Positions 1 to 13,900 are shown, counted from the first letter of the stretch. The stretch: 64,000 nt of DNA from Phallusia mammillata (GCA_965637545.1 OZ281494.1:13640001-13704000); one strand, 5' to 3'. The notes: generated by a model from the letters alone, not told the origin. Program-made: numbers and translations.

Positions 1-1466
1 GCTCGAATTGACCATCGAGACCGGGAAGTGTTAAAGAAAAAACAACAGGGGTAAATTCCATTTTTACAGTTTTACCGATAAAGCATAACATACTGAATTT
101 TTGGACTTTTCAGATCGCTGGATCAGTTTTTCAGACAACGTGTCTAGTCATTACAGGTTTAATATTAAAACATACTTGATGCGCATTGTATAAAAATTAC
201 GTCCATCGAAACAACTTTAAATCATAAAATTGGCAAAATCGTCCTTATTTCACCTTGTCCGTAACGAATTTGAATGATTGATTGTCCGTTTCAAATAACT
301 CAGCTAAAGTTCTTGTCCATACATTGTTTTTCACATTAGTTTGGAGGAATTTCGTTCAACCACACAACAGAAAGAAATGGAATACACGCAATGCCTTGTC
401 AAAATGGCAAAGCGGTTTAAAGAACAACAAGACAAACTCGAACAACTTGTTGATCGTTTCGATAAATCTGTCGACGACATTGAGGAGGTAAACTTGCCAA
501 TTAACGTTTCTGGCATGATCATTTTTTTAGCAGAGTTTTATCGAAACGTGACATTTTTTTGGGCAACTATTAGGGATGTGCCAAAATTGCAAATGTTCTG
601 TTTGGTCGAGCACCGAGCATCTCAAGTTAATGCTCGGTGCTCGGCCGAGCACGCTCGGTGCATTATGACGTCACAAAAAATCCCCTTTCTACCTTTTAGC
701 TCTACAAGGCCTCTTACGTCACCAGCGGTGTATTAAGCTGTTACAGGCCTCAGAAGTACACGTTTTTCCACAATCTAATACATTTGGAAAATCATTTGTT
801 TTTGTTCATAGACACCCTTTCGAACACTAGTTACCTAGGTTAGCAGGGCATGAATATGCAAATTTAATGCTCGGGTCAGTTTGTGCAACTGCTCGGCCGA
901 GCACTGAGCATCAAAAATAGCGATGCTCGGTACCGAGTACTCGGGTTCTGGCTCGGCTCAGCGCATCCCTAGTAACTATGGTAGTGGCAATATACCCACC
1001 ACCATCCAAATAGGGTGCTTGAAAGTTAGAACTTTTCGAGGACGCCGGTAAAGGCTTACTTGTAGAAAGTAATGAGTTGCAACATGTTAACGCACATGTA
1101 TGTGTTGTCTGTGCTACTGCGTAAAAACAGCCTCTTTGTAACCTCCATTTATGCTCCACTAGATTAAAACATATTGTCTGTTATGCCTGACGTAACGGCA
1201 TCATAGTAATTTACGAGTACCATCCTATACTTTATTGGGTTTTACCTAATTAATACAGAAAAATAATGGTTTCCAAGTGTTTTAAGCCATTTAGCCTGTA
1301 CCAATGTCCTCATGTAGCACCTTGATGTCACGCCCTTATACATATTTTATTTTAGTCGTTTAAAAGCACCATGCATTCGCACCAAACCAAGATGGTGGAA
1401 CCAGATTCCGAAATTGCAGCTCTATCCGATTTTGTCGGTCAAGTCCAGGTGGAAAACGCGGGATAA
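1..1466 (+). CDS. 3' part of an unidentified coiled-coil protein gene (exons 1-50, 340-487, 1026-1097, 1356-1466)
   Basis: GT/AG-bounded exons join in consistent phases (2,0,0). The product reads ARIDHRDREVLKKKQQGLEEFRSTTQQKEMEYTQCLVKMAKRFKEQQDKLEQLVDRFDKSVDDIEE-LELFEDAGKG...-SFKSTMHSHQTKMVEPDSEIAALSDFVGQVQVENAG*. The acceptor of exon 1026-1097 is weak and no family is recognised. Confidence 0.5.
571..971. mobile_element. hAT-type MITE in an intron
   Basis: Termini TAGGGATGTGC / GCGCATCCCTA; flanks GCAACTAT / GTAACTAT (7/8 target-site duplication, TSD); repeated palindromic subterminal motif TGCTCGGCCGAGCA. Confidence 0.75.
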
Positions 1467-4400
1467 AAGTAGAGTTTTCAAAAGTTTTATTTGCGCGAAA
1501 AAAAAGCTTTAAGTACGTTAACATAACTTATTGGTTTCATTTGAATTTCTTTATCTCGTGAGACGAAACCCGAAATCTTATGATTTGTGACTACACACCT
1601 GCAACAGCTTCCAATTTCTGGAGGGCTTTAAACAGGTATTCGTGTCTTCTAAGCAGACTCAAATGGTTTGCCAAGTGTAAATGCCTGCATCACCAAATTA
1701 TAATAGTGGCTCTGCGAACTTCCTTGTCTCGTTTATCCGGCTTTTGGTCAATTGATTGTTCGCGGAAAAAAATCGCACGTTCAACAGCCAACCTGCAAAA
1801 TCTTACAAATATGAAATTATTGAAAATTTTGCTTGTAGCTTATATAAGACCTTCTGAAAGATTTCCTTGTTCCCCGGCCAATATTATCACACCATAATAA
1901 CGTTTATTAAGTCAAGTGAACATCATTTTCTAAATGCTGTTCCTGATTCTTAAAGACGAGAAATCAATTATTTATTTTCTAAATTTGAATAAAGCCCGAT
2001 AATGGAACAAGCAATGTATTTTTGTTGTTTTACATTTTGCTTTATTCGCAAACCTGTGTCCTGTACATTTCTAGTCATCCCTTCTGTAATGATCAACAGG
2101 CCGGCTCATAATGTGCTTTTCAGCCACATGGTTTTGTTTACGTTTCGCACGTAACCTATACTTTGTCAATACATTGTCAGAAAACTATTGACGTTTCTTG
2201 ATTACGAAAGCGATGCCGACAAAAAAGTGTAAGCAACGAGTATTGCAGATAGATAGAAGATTCACTGACGGACGGGAATAAGGGATCATGCAGCTCCTTA
2301 ATCTTTAGGATTTTTACAGCTTTTTGTTTGTGATGACTTTTTGCGCTTTGACAAAAAACACTTAAACCGACAACTACATTGTGCCACAGTTAACCGCTAG
2401 AGAAAAAGCTTATTATGATGCCAATATGAAACTTACCAAACCCAAGAAAAAACAACCAGGCTCAAAAAATCGTTAAATTCATCCTCCTGCCATTTAAAAT
2501 TTTATTTTGTTTCCAAGGCCTCATCATTTCTGTTTTCACATTCCAATATCGTACATACAGCCTCTGAATTATATTGCGACTATTGCATTCTTTATCTACG
2601 ATTGTATTCTGTTTGTTTTGGCAGTCATGTTTTTTACCATTAGCCCATTTTCCTTCGTAATCTACCGTCGTATTCATTGCTTCCTACACACAGTCCCATT
2701 TTGTCCGCCCAGAAGACCGTGTTACGTTCCTATGGTCTTAATCACCTTTTTTGCAACCAAGATATCTTTCCACTTACACCGAAAGTTTCATTCCTTGCCC
2801 ACAATTTATTTCGTTTCGCTGCGACATTCCCATTTTGTTCCTGCAGTTTAATTCAAAGCTTATGGTGTGATTCTCCCTCCGACCATCTCATTTATTCAGT
2901 TGCGGTTTTACTGTAAATTAGTGTCTCTTCCGTTTATCCATCATTCGAATAATTAGCACAAGCGGTTGGATCATCACGGTAAAACACCTTACAGCTGCAC
3001 AGTACGCCAGGCCTATTAAAGGCATAAAAGTATCGATAAGTATGCCGTGATCGCAGGTCTGAATCGACGCTTTAGGGCTGATCCCAGTATGAAAATATTC
3101 ATCTTAGCTGCAGCTACACAGGGTCTATAAATAGCGTTCTGCAACGCTAGTGCAACTTTCGTCCAGGGAAAAGATTGGTTTTTCAACTAAGTTAGCATTG
3201 AAGTACAGAGCTTGAAAATGCGGCAATGTTTTCGAATTTAAAAAGTGACTCCATTTAACGCACAGTAAGTAACTTGTGTGTAACAATGTCAGCTTTTGCG
3301 ACACGTCATCATAAATTTCTAATCCAAGGCAGTCTTTAGCGCCCTGTACGACAACTGTGTTTAGAAAAAAGCAGGTATCTATTAGGTCGTGCAAACAAGT
3401 TTAAACTTTAAAAATAGTTCCTGGTGTATAAAAAACACCGAATTCGTGTCAAGTATGTTTCGGTTCCCTGAAACAAACAGTAGGTCTGTGTTTATTGCAC
3501 GTGCTGAGTTACCTTGATGCCATACGAATAGACCATTTGTTTGCTAAAGCAGGTTTACGCTTTTTTTCTGTTCTTTATTTGATGGTTGAAATAAAATCAA
3601 GAGTTTAGTTACAATCGACTCGGGAAGAATTTTTTCAGGGCTCCAGACTTTGGGAAACACTGATTTAGGATAACATTTAGTTTCTGTTGCTTTCAGACTG
3701 AAATCGTACTCAATAAACACCTAAATAGCTTCTAAATCAGAATAAACGGAACCAACTTTCAAATTTTGAATTCATATGGGGAAGATATTTTGTGCATATA
3801 TGTAGATAGAGTCATAACTACAGCACATTATTAAATATGGGCGCTTCGTAGTAGTTAATGTGATTGCGAGGCACCTATAGAAACACGCCAAGAAGTATGA
3901 AAAAGCTGTTAGACAATGTGTAGGAAGATGTATATGACCAATGTCTTGATTAGGTCGTTAAGTACGTACGTATACCTGTAATTGCCATTTTGTAAAGTAA
4001 TTATACAGCAATAGCTGCTTTATTTAGAGTAAAAAATAATTATACAAGTTATACAAGATGGATTTAGAACTCCATCAATTCTTGCAAAACGAGCAGCAAT
4101 TCGTATACACCACGTCACGTGCAATTAAATTGAATCACAAAAACATACTTAGAGTTTTTAAAATGGCACAAACTTTCTAGTTACGACACAGGTAACGATT
4201 TGGTATTAATTTATACCATAAATGATTTCATGACTTGCTCATCTTTTGTTACTAAGAAATCTTCATTGTTGATACACTACATACACATCCTTATTGCGTA
4301 TTGTAAGGGTGCCTATAATAAATTACGCTTTCATCCGGAGTTGGTAATCAAGCTTATCTGCTAATTTGTTGGCGCCTTGCCTAAATCAAATTGCCTATGT

Positions 4401-4949
4401 GACTGGATAACACACATCTACTTACTACATGAAAATCTGAGGCAGTAACCTAACGAAGAAAATTACCCTAACAAGAAGACGACAATAATTGGTAAGTTGA
4501 TTTTTTAGCTGATTGAAAGTTTAAATGATTTGTGGCTATTTAAGTTACTTGCTTTGCTTTTTTTCGCGCGGTGTAGAATGGCATATATAACATTGCTTAC
4601 GACCTAAAGTTGTAAAATTGTTTTGTATGGCGTCAATAGCAACTTATTATTGAAAACACCTTTTTCCATTGACTTAAACGTTGTAAATAAAATTGGTAGT
4701 TTATCACCGTGTAAAGATGGGCAACACAATGACAAGGCGCTAGTCTAGTGATTTCTGTCGACAACAAAAATAGTTCGCACGCTAGACTAACAATAAGGTC
4801 GAGATAAAAATTCTCCGGACCAGCTTTTGAGGTTTAACGCCCAGCTGAACACAAATGAGCAGGGTATTTTGTCGTTCCAGGAACTTCTTGGTTGCACGAC
4901 AGGAACGTTACATCGAAAAGTTTACTTGGAGCAAACAGAGTGCAAGCCG

Positions 4950-7900
4950 ATGGAGAAGTTATGCTGTTATGCGGTTTTATTGCTGGTTTATTGCTGTACA
5001 GTAACAGTAACAGGTAAGCTGCAACTGGTTATTACCTCTAATGTGTATTGGCAGACACGTACGCGATTTCTTGTGTGTATGGGTATACACCAGGGGTGGG
5101 CAACCTTTGTTACTGTAGGGCCAATTATAAATGTCAAAATTGGATCGAGGGCCGCACATGTTCATCACACAAAGTGATTTGGCTTTGTTTCTTACCAAAT
5201 ATGCTTAACTACAAGTATAATTCGTATTTGATTCTAGCCACATTTTGCCAGATCGCAGAAAACTAGCATCAGGCGCATTAATCAGCTCAAAAATATGTAA
5301 TAATTGGACTCGTTTGCCAGCACTTTTGAAATCCAAGCGTCTCTGCGGGCCGCAAGAGCTTTAATGAAGGGCCGCATGCGGCCCGCGGGCCGCAGGTTGC
5401 CCACCCCTGGTACACTGTAAAAAATATTCGTAAATTTTACTTACGAAAGCCGTTTTGTTTTTACGGTCGACTCCGTAGTCCAATATTTACGCATTTTTGT
5501 TGTAAATTACCTTTTTCTAATTGCGCTGACCAATAGCATTGCAGTATGCCGTCACGTGATCTTAATGTGGTGCATGCTGCTGCCTGCTGCTGACAGAGGA
5601 CAAGAGACAGTTGTTTGTTGTTCAGCACAGCTAGTCATGATCAACAGGATCATCTTGTTTAGAAACCAGTCTGGTTATTGGCGCAAAATGAAGCATAGTT
5701 TGCAGACAGTTGTTAAAATGTTTTGTATTGCAGTTTTTGTTGCAAATCAATGTCTTAATATTGTAAGTTAAATGGAATCGAAATTTGTTTGTGCGTTGAG
5801 CACATGTGAAAAGGAGTTTGATACTATTAATGAAATCATAAAGCATATAAAAGAACATATTCGAAAGGGGTATAAAGTTAAGTGTCCGTATGTCCAATGC
5901 GGGCGATCATACACTGTTGTGTCATCTTTTTCTTCTCATCTAAGTCGCTGTCACACTCCTAGTCTCAGTTCCAGTTTAAATAATTCAACCCATAGCTTCG
6001 AAGTTACGGAGTGCGAAGACAACGTTTTAAGTGTTCCACAGCAAGTAATTGAGGTAAACGCACACATATCTGAGCCATTTACTTTTGAAACTGCTTTGAG
6101 ACATCAAGCTCTTTTGTACTCGTTTCTTCAAGAAAAACTGCTTATTCCTAAAAGTACTATCCAGAAAATAATTTCGGAAGTGCAAACTATTTATGGGGAA
6201 GAAACTAAAAACATAAGAGATGCTGTAACTTTAAATTTACAACAACATAATGTTGGGGAAACCATTGTTAAGGACATTTTTAAATTGTTTGAAGATAAGC
6301 AGTTTTCGAAAAAAATGTATGGAGATGATGGTCCTTTACGCTCTTCGTACCTGAGAGAAAAGTACTTTACATCATCGTTTGTTTATGTTAAGCCCCTGTC
6401 TTTGAAACTGACAAAGTCATTCATTGAGGTAGCAAGATCATTCCAGTATGTCCCAATACTTAAATCCATTTCAGCTATGTTTAAAGATTGTTCTGTCCGT
6501 CATGACTTTACTTTTCCCAAGGTTAACAAAGAGTATTCAGATTTCACTGATGGATTAGTAATTAAAAACCATCCCCTGTTTAGTGGTAATTCTCAGACAA
6601 TTAAAGTCATTCTTTATCAGGATGCTTTTGAGGTTACAAACCCCATTGGGCATGCAAAAGGAAAACACAAAATGCTGGCTGTGTATTACAGTCTGGGCAA
6701 TTTGCATCATCATCACAGATCAAGTATTGACTCAATACAGCTTGTTTTGTTATGTAATGAAAAATATGTCAATGAAGACACCCACAGATCTATTTTTGAA
6801 CCTCTTGTTCAGGATTTAAAAATTCTTGAAACTGAAGGACTTGATTTGGGTTTTCCAGTTAAGACCAAGGGAGCATTAGCGTTCATCTGTGGTGATAATT
6901 TAGGAAGCCACTGGCTTGGGGGGTTTTCTACCAACTTCAGCTCCAGTGAGTACATTTGCCGATTCTGCTCATTGAAAAGATCTTCTTTTCACAGTGACCC
7001 ATTTACACAATCATCAATTGTAACCAAACAATGTTACAACTTGTCTGCTCAAGATGGAAATAATAGTTTGTGTGCTGTAAAATTTAACTCTGTATTTAAT
7101 GAATTATGTTATTTTCATGTTTGCCAGCCAGGTTTGCCACCTTGCATTGCACATGACCTTTTTGAGGGTGTAGTGCAGTATGATTTAGCATTGTACATTA
7201 AGTATTTTATCAAAGAAGGCTGGTTCACTCTATCTGAGCTGAATCAGCAAATTCTTAAATTTCCCTTCAGAGGAAGTGACAATACCTCACGTCCAGTTAC
7301 TGTAAAGAAGTCATTAAATAAGTTGGGTGGAACAGCTTCTCGTAACTGGTGTATGATCCGCTTTTTTGCTCTATTGCTGTTAGATTGGGTGGTAGACTGT
7401 GACAATATTGTGTGGCAACTAGTTTTACTGCTACATTCAATTGTTGATTTAGTCTGTGCTCCGTACCTTCCACGCAGTGCTTTATCAGCATTGAAACATT
7501 ACACGGAAGATTATATTGATCAGCGTTGCGTTGCTTTTCCTGATATTCGTTTGAGACCTAAACATCACTACATGCAGCACTACCCATGGCTTATACTACA
7601 ATTTGGTCCCCTTGTTCATGTCTGGACCTTAAGATTTGAATCCAAGCATTCTTATTTCAAGAGAATAATTCGTGCCTCTAAAAATTTTATCAATGTTAGC
7701 AAAACTCTTGCAGAAAGCCATCAAAAGTTGCAAAGTTATTTGATAGAAAAGGGAATCTTTGGACAAGACCTAACAGCTGTCTCTTTTGACTGTACCCATT
7801 TTTCTGACGCTTTTGTAGAAGCTTTTCGCAACTCTCCATTTGTCCTTGTCGATTGCAGATTTTACAAAAGCATTGCATACAAAGGAACAGCATACAAACT

Positions 7901-10900
7901 AAATCAATTTGTATTATTAAAGAAGCGTTGTTTTGATTTTGAGGTTGGCATGGTTAAATTGATGTTTCAATATAAATCTTCCTATTACTTTTGTGTAAAC
8001 AAACACATAGCTGTGTATATTCCCCAACTTGGATTACATGTTTTAGACGAAAAGTGTGTAACTAACTGTTTTGTCAGTTTGGAAAGCCTTCTTGACTTTT
8101 ATCCTCTTAACGTTTATAAAGTTAGCTGCAAGACGTTGTTATGTTTGCATCATGCAGTTTTTTAAATAATTTAAACCTTTTTTAGGGGGCTATAGATTAA
8201 AAATGGAATACGATTTTGGAAATGTTTTGCCAAACATAAGTGAGCAGCAGATTTTGTTGCTAAAACAAACACTTACAGACATTGGTGTAGAAACAAAAGA
8301 TGATTTGTGTGACGTCAGAGAAAGTGACATCACTCATGTGGTAAAACCGATACAAGCAAGAAAGTTAATTAAAGCCTGGCAAACTGGTAAGTACAAAAAC
8401 AAGTAAGCCAATATTAATAATGTTGCCTATGTTTATGGATACTCTTACATGTATCTACAGTCTCAGACGAAAGTGTGTCATCAGCTACAGATCAAGTAAG
8501 CAGCAGCCCAGAGTCAGATGTAAGCTGTTCATCCAATGAAGTTAATTGGATACAATCATTTTCTATTCCCTGGCACAAATTTCCCAAAGTAGTTATTGAG
8601 AACTGTATGAACGAAGTTTATCCTAGTCCTGCTGTCAGGAGAGAAGTTATTAAGTTAACTGTTGAGGAAATTTTTAAATATACGAAACGACCTGGAAGAA
8701 AAAACCTCGAAGTTGTTGCTCATAATATTGTTAATAAGTATCCCAAATCATTTGAGGATAACATTGATGGGGTAAGAATTGGAAATGGAATCGAATCGCT
8801 CACCAATCAGTTGGTATATAAAGTAGAAAACGAAACAAGGAAGGAAAGGAAGTGGCTGAAAGAATTTAAACTTGCAAAAGTAAATCCTGAGGATGAAACC
8901 TGCAAAAAATGGCTCCAAAATGAGTTTATTACCAGCTCTTGCATGCAGAATAGAAGTAAAGTCAAGGAGTATATGGATAGAACCTTTAATGAGCGCCAGG
9001 ATGATATTTCCAAGAAAACTCTGGTTTCAATTTTACACTCAAAATGGCCTTTTATGTTTGAGGAAGAGTTCATTTACTCAGACTACGAAAAGATTGTCAA
9101 CCTATCAGATTGTAAAACCAAATTGATAGAAGTCTTAAATGAGAGATCCATAAGAATATTCAAGTAAGCACACAACCTAAATGTACTCTATTGCTTTAAA
9201 ACTCAGTGCATTAACTCGTGTTATGTTCTACTTTGTTCAGAATTCTGAAACATCTAAATCAATCCAAACCAATCCATATCCAACGCATTGTTTTTAAATC
9301 AATAAAGGATGAATGTGAGCTGCTTGAAAACCAGTTACCCAAAAAAATGCGCTTTTTGGAAGTGCTTGCAGACTACTTTAGTGAAAATATTGACCACGTG
9401 TACAAAACATTTCCAGTAAGTTGGTATAATGTTTGGTTTGTGAATACAAATAAAACACCTGTCATTGTAGGTCCACAAGTCTTTGGAAGAAATTGTGGAA
9501 ATAATTCCAAACACACCATTTATGATCATTATGGGTATGCATATTATTTATTTATTTACTATTACAGTTTTTGCTATCTTTTTTACCAGAAAAAAGTTAA
9601 ACGTGATAGTTTTGTGTATTTTATAATGGTTCTTGGTACAAAAGTACGTGTAAGTTTTTTTGGGGCAGGCTACTGCAAATTTGATTGAATTGTATCTTTG
9701 TAGGGCAGGGGTCACCAAACTACGACCTGCGGGGTTATTTCATCTGGCCCGCGACCGTATTTTTCGATTCGCCAAATCGTATTAAACTTTGTAATAGCCA
9801 TTTATTCCTTACAAAAGACTTCCTGCAACGACATATAGAAATAATTTTGCCTAGTCCAATGGGATTACAACACCCATGTAAACTATGCCGTACTCGCAAT
9901 TTGTTATTGAACTTATCCGGCGGGCAAAAAAATTTGGTGACCCCTGTTGTAAGACATGATAATTTGCCATGTTTTGGATGTATATTAAAATTAATAAAAA
10001 AATTAATACTTATTTAGGAAATTCAACTGCTACTGCTGATAAGTTTGTTGTGTGCATTGAAAGACTGACGGTGGCAAAATTCTCTAACTTCTGGGAAGCG
10101 TTTTCATATATGTTTGTCTGTTTTTATGTGCTAAACATGCAATATCCACATCACGCAGCTGCAACATACGAATTTGTTCAAAGGTAACAAAGTATAATGC
10201 AAATAGAAAGATGTTTCATAACTTTTTACAAATACACTATGTGATTTAGTAGGAAAGATCATAGCTACATTTCGACTGTCTAAAGCTGTTTTTGTATTTA
10301 TCTCTTTTCAGGTTCTGTGCTGAACTGAATTTCTCCAAAACAAAGTTAAAAACAAAGGCCAGTCCAAAAGTGCTAACGCTGGTGAAGGCTATGAAGCGAT
10401 ATGATTCAGTGCTTTAAGCCTTTTGTGCATAAACCCTTGCATTAGGATAAGCCTTTAGTATGTATTTTGGTGTTGCTTATTCGTTTATGTAAGGTGAGAT
10501 ATGGGAATTGTTTCCTGTTTACCATTAGTGTATAGCCTGAATTGAGTAAAGTGGCCGGCTGACTGGCACGGCTTCTGTGTACATGTAAATTCTGTAAATA
10601 TGTTGGTCTAGGCTGTGATACCATTTTTGGTGGGGTGCATTACCTGACATTCAGCAAAAATATTTTTTTATTGAGTTTTTGTGTTTTCAATGTATAAGAT
10701 GGGCCTAATTGTTTTTAGATAGAGAAAAGCAAAAGTTTAGAAATTATTTTTCGCTGTTAAGCTGCAGTGATTTCTATCACTATTAAAGTACTTGGTCTGT
10801 TATTTTGGATTTATCTATTGTAATCTTAAAGAGTTTTCGGAACACTGCCTTTTCTGCGTAGTTTTGCTGCACATCAGTATCCCTGATCGTGTCGTTTAGT

Positions 10901-13900
10901 TTTGTGTGTCACTTAAGATAATATGAAAAGTGTAATGTATAAACTTGCCCAATTCCAGCGTTTTTGTGTTCGAAAATTATGTTACTCTCGATTAGTTTTG
11001 ATAATACTGCCCTAATTGTTCTTACTCAAAATGGATGAAACATATTTTGACTGAGATTGTAGGATAAGTGTTTTTTCATTGCTAATAAAACACTGGTTTT
11101 CTTTTTTAAGTGCATTTTGTGTAAAATCTACTGGAAGCCCGAGCTTGTTATTTTAAATCTACTCCGAAAATGAGCAATTTTACTCCAGATATCAGTAAAA
11201 GTACGTATGTAAGAAAATAAGTTACCTGTAAATTTTACTGGCACTTACAGTAAATTTAAAGGTAAACAAAGTGATTCAACCCGTGATTTTTACGGCAGTT
11301 TACGTAAATTTACATTAAACAACAGTAAAAATGCACTGTAGAAATTACCGCGTTATTCCGTAAAAACTGCTGCCAGTCCTTTTGCAGTAAATTTTACCGA
11401 AATTTTTTTAACAGTGTATACACTGTACTATACAACAAGCCGGAAAAAAGGTTAATGTGTTGAGTAGAGAAATAAGTCAATTTTCCGAACAAAAATTGCA
11501 AACATAAATTACACAGTGCAAATTTATCTGCAAGCGTAGTGCGCTAGTTTGTATGTAAGCATTTAAATAAGAATTAGTATTCTCTCCGCAAGTCATATGG
11601 TTTCTATTAACCAAAACTTTACACAGTCTTCCTCATTTTAAATTCTCGTTCCTGGCCATCCTTAACTGGTTCTCAAAGCGATTACAATGGTTCATTTTTT
11701 CCCTTCGTCATGCATTAGTGCTGTCGCAAAATATTGCACTCACGTTTCCCTTAACAACCCAATCCCTAAAGAGCAATAATATAAATTTGTTTAGACCGTG
11801 GTTAGATCATAAAAATTTGCATTTTAGCAAAAAAAACATGTGTTTCGTAGTGGATAGGTGTATTAGACTAATTAAAGTGATGGATTTATCCCAAACTTCA
11901 AGTATTTATGTATAGAGCGAAACCGTTGTAAACTAATTTCCTTTGATCTGACAGCTCGATGGTGCACCAACTCGACTTCAACATGCCGATTTCCATTTTC
12001 CTACAAGGGCCAGTATTACGAATCTTGTAAAGAAGAAAATACAACTTTCGCTTGGTGCTCGCCAACAAACAGCTTTACTTCTGATCCAGTGACATCTGGT
12101 ATCCGTTGCTACAAATGCCAAGGTAACGTTAATTCAATAATAAAGTATTTCCTCATTTTAACTACCGTATGATTGACGCGATGCATAAGCAATGAGAAAA
12201 CTTGGTAGACCAAATATTAGTTTCAACAAAATTTTGAGCTCTTCCGGCAGTTTTATTTTATTTTAATATGCCATCGTTTCGATGTCCCATACGAAACACC
12301 TTCATCAGGGCATTGCAAACACATGTTATTATAAAGCGAAAAGTGGGCGAAACACCCACACAAAAAAGGGCGATAGAAAAAACGCAGTGCGCACCAATGG
12401 TCGAGTGATAACACCTGGCTCAATGGTGCAAAAGCGACCGATAAGTTATCGGCATTAGAACGTCCGTTTTAACGTTCATCGTGTTGGTGTGAGAATGTAT
12501 GTTCCGCGAATCCAGGATACCTCGCTTGTGAAAATCGGTTTCTCTCGCTAACACCTGGGCAGCTGAGAAGTTTATGGTGTGACCGAGGACAGTAGCATGT
12601 TGTGATAATGCCGATTTTTTAGCATCTTTCTTGGCTACATCCCTTTCATGTTCTTTACGGCGCGTATTCAGAGATCTTCCCGTTTCGCCAATGTAAATCT
12701 CCTTGCACTGTCGACGTGGGATTGCGTACACCACACCCCTTGCCGCGTTTGTATCAATGGGGTCTTTGGGGTACGACAGCATCTGACGTAGGGTGTTGAC
12801 TGGTTTAATCCCTACTGAGACCCCAAAGTCGATTAACATGCGACGGATTATGTCTGTTAACTTGGGAATGTATGGCAAGGTAACAAAAGTACGCTCTTTG
12901 GACTGAATCTTTTTCCACCCGTGGTTTTTCGGTCACGGAGAATCCAGTTCGGGTAGCCATTTAACCGCAGGGCCTGGTGTACCCTTCGTAATTCGGTTTG
13001 GAGCATTCCGGGTTCTGTGGTCAACCTTCGGGCCTGATCTGTTAGCGCTTTCACCACAGCTCTCTTGTGGTGTAGAGCAGGGCTTCTCAAACTGTGGGTC
13101 GCGACCCCATTTGGGGTCGCGGAATAAAATTTTGGGGTCGCGAAACATTTTGCGGTATTATGTCAGTCATAATAAAAGGCATATATTTATTGTTTACATA
13201 TCATTCCCGTGTAGAAGCTATACAAGGGGTGCACAACCTTGCGGCCGTACAGAGACGAGTTTGTGCGGCCGTACAGAGACATGTTTATTAGAATATATGT
13301 ACTGGCGGCCGTGACGTAAATAAAACCTCTTTTGTCAAATATTTTTATTTTCAAACTGCTCTGAACACATTTTGTGGTGCTCAAAAGAATGTTACCATCC
13401 TAGTAGCCATATGCGCCAGACTTTAGTATGCCTATTGTGTGCAAACAATGCGAAAAAGCAGATACCACAAGCGTCACAATGTAGATTATGACGTCATAAA
13501 AGCTAAGACTGGCAATTTGTGTATCAATTTAGATATTAATTTAGGCTTTTTAGGAGCCATTAGATGGTATATAATATATAAGTATTTCTTTAGATGAGTA
13601 ATTTTAAAACACAAGCAAGCAGGCAATAAGCGGCCGCTGGGGAAATAAAGATCTGTGATGCGGCCGTCATAGCGAAAAGGCTGTGCATGCACGCCTGAAC
13701 TATACCCATCAAGGGGTCGCGTACAAATTTCTGTTTTAAAATGGGGTCGCAGAGCAAGAAAGTTTGAGTAGCCCTGGTGTAGAGGATGGTGAGACGTGAA
13801 ATGCAAGTAGCGCCTGGTGCTCGTTGGTTTGTGGTACACTTGCGTGGAAAGTTTCCCGTCTATTGCCAGTAATACCTCCACATCCAGAAAGGGAAGCCGG

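Larger units (their letters stand above)
5413..11416 (+). mobile_element. Full-length EnSpm/CACTA (CMC superfamily) DNA transposon, about 6.0 kb
   Basis: CACTG...CAGTG termini with ~30-bp imperfect TIRs, a TA TSD on both sides, clustered subterminal GTAAATTTTAC-like repeats at both ends, and two open genes inside. Confidence 0.88.

Noticed and set aside
2462-2677. MORN-like motif YEGKWANGKKH in a short minus-strand ORF
   Set aside because: It is a single motif with no repeat, all frames after the nearest acceptor close quickly, and the surrounding sequence is low-complexity.
3061-3100. Second hammerhead (CTGAT...GAAA)
   Set aside because: It lacks the CUGANGA core and closing stems.
3125-3394. 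89-aa minus-strand ORF, and a possible exon at ~1793-1690 (LAVERAIFFREQ...IIIW*)
   Set aside because: No recognisable domain, and I could not build a phase-consistent gene model. Left unresolved rather than called.
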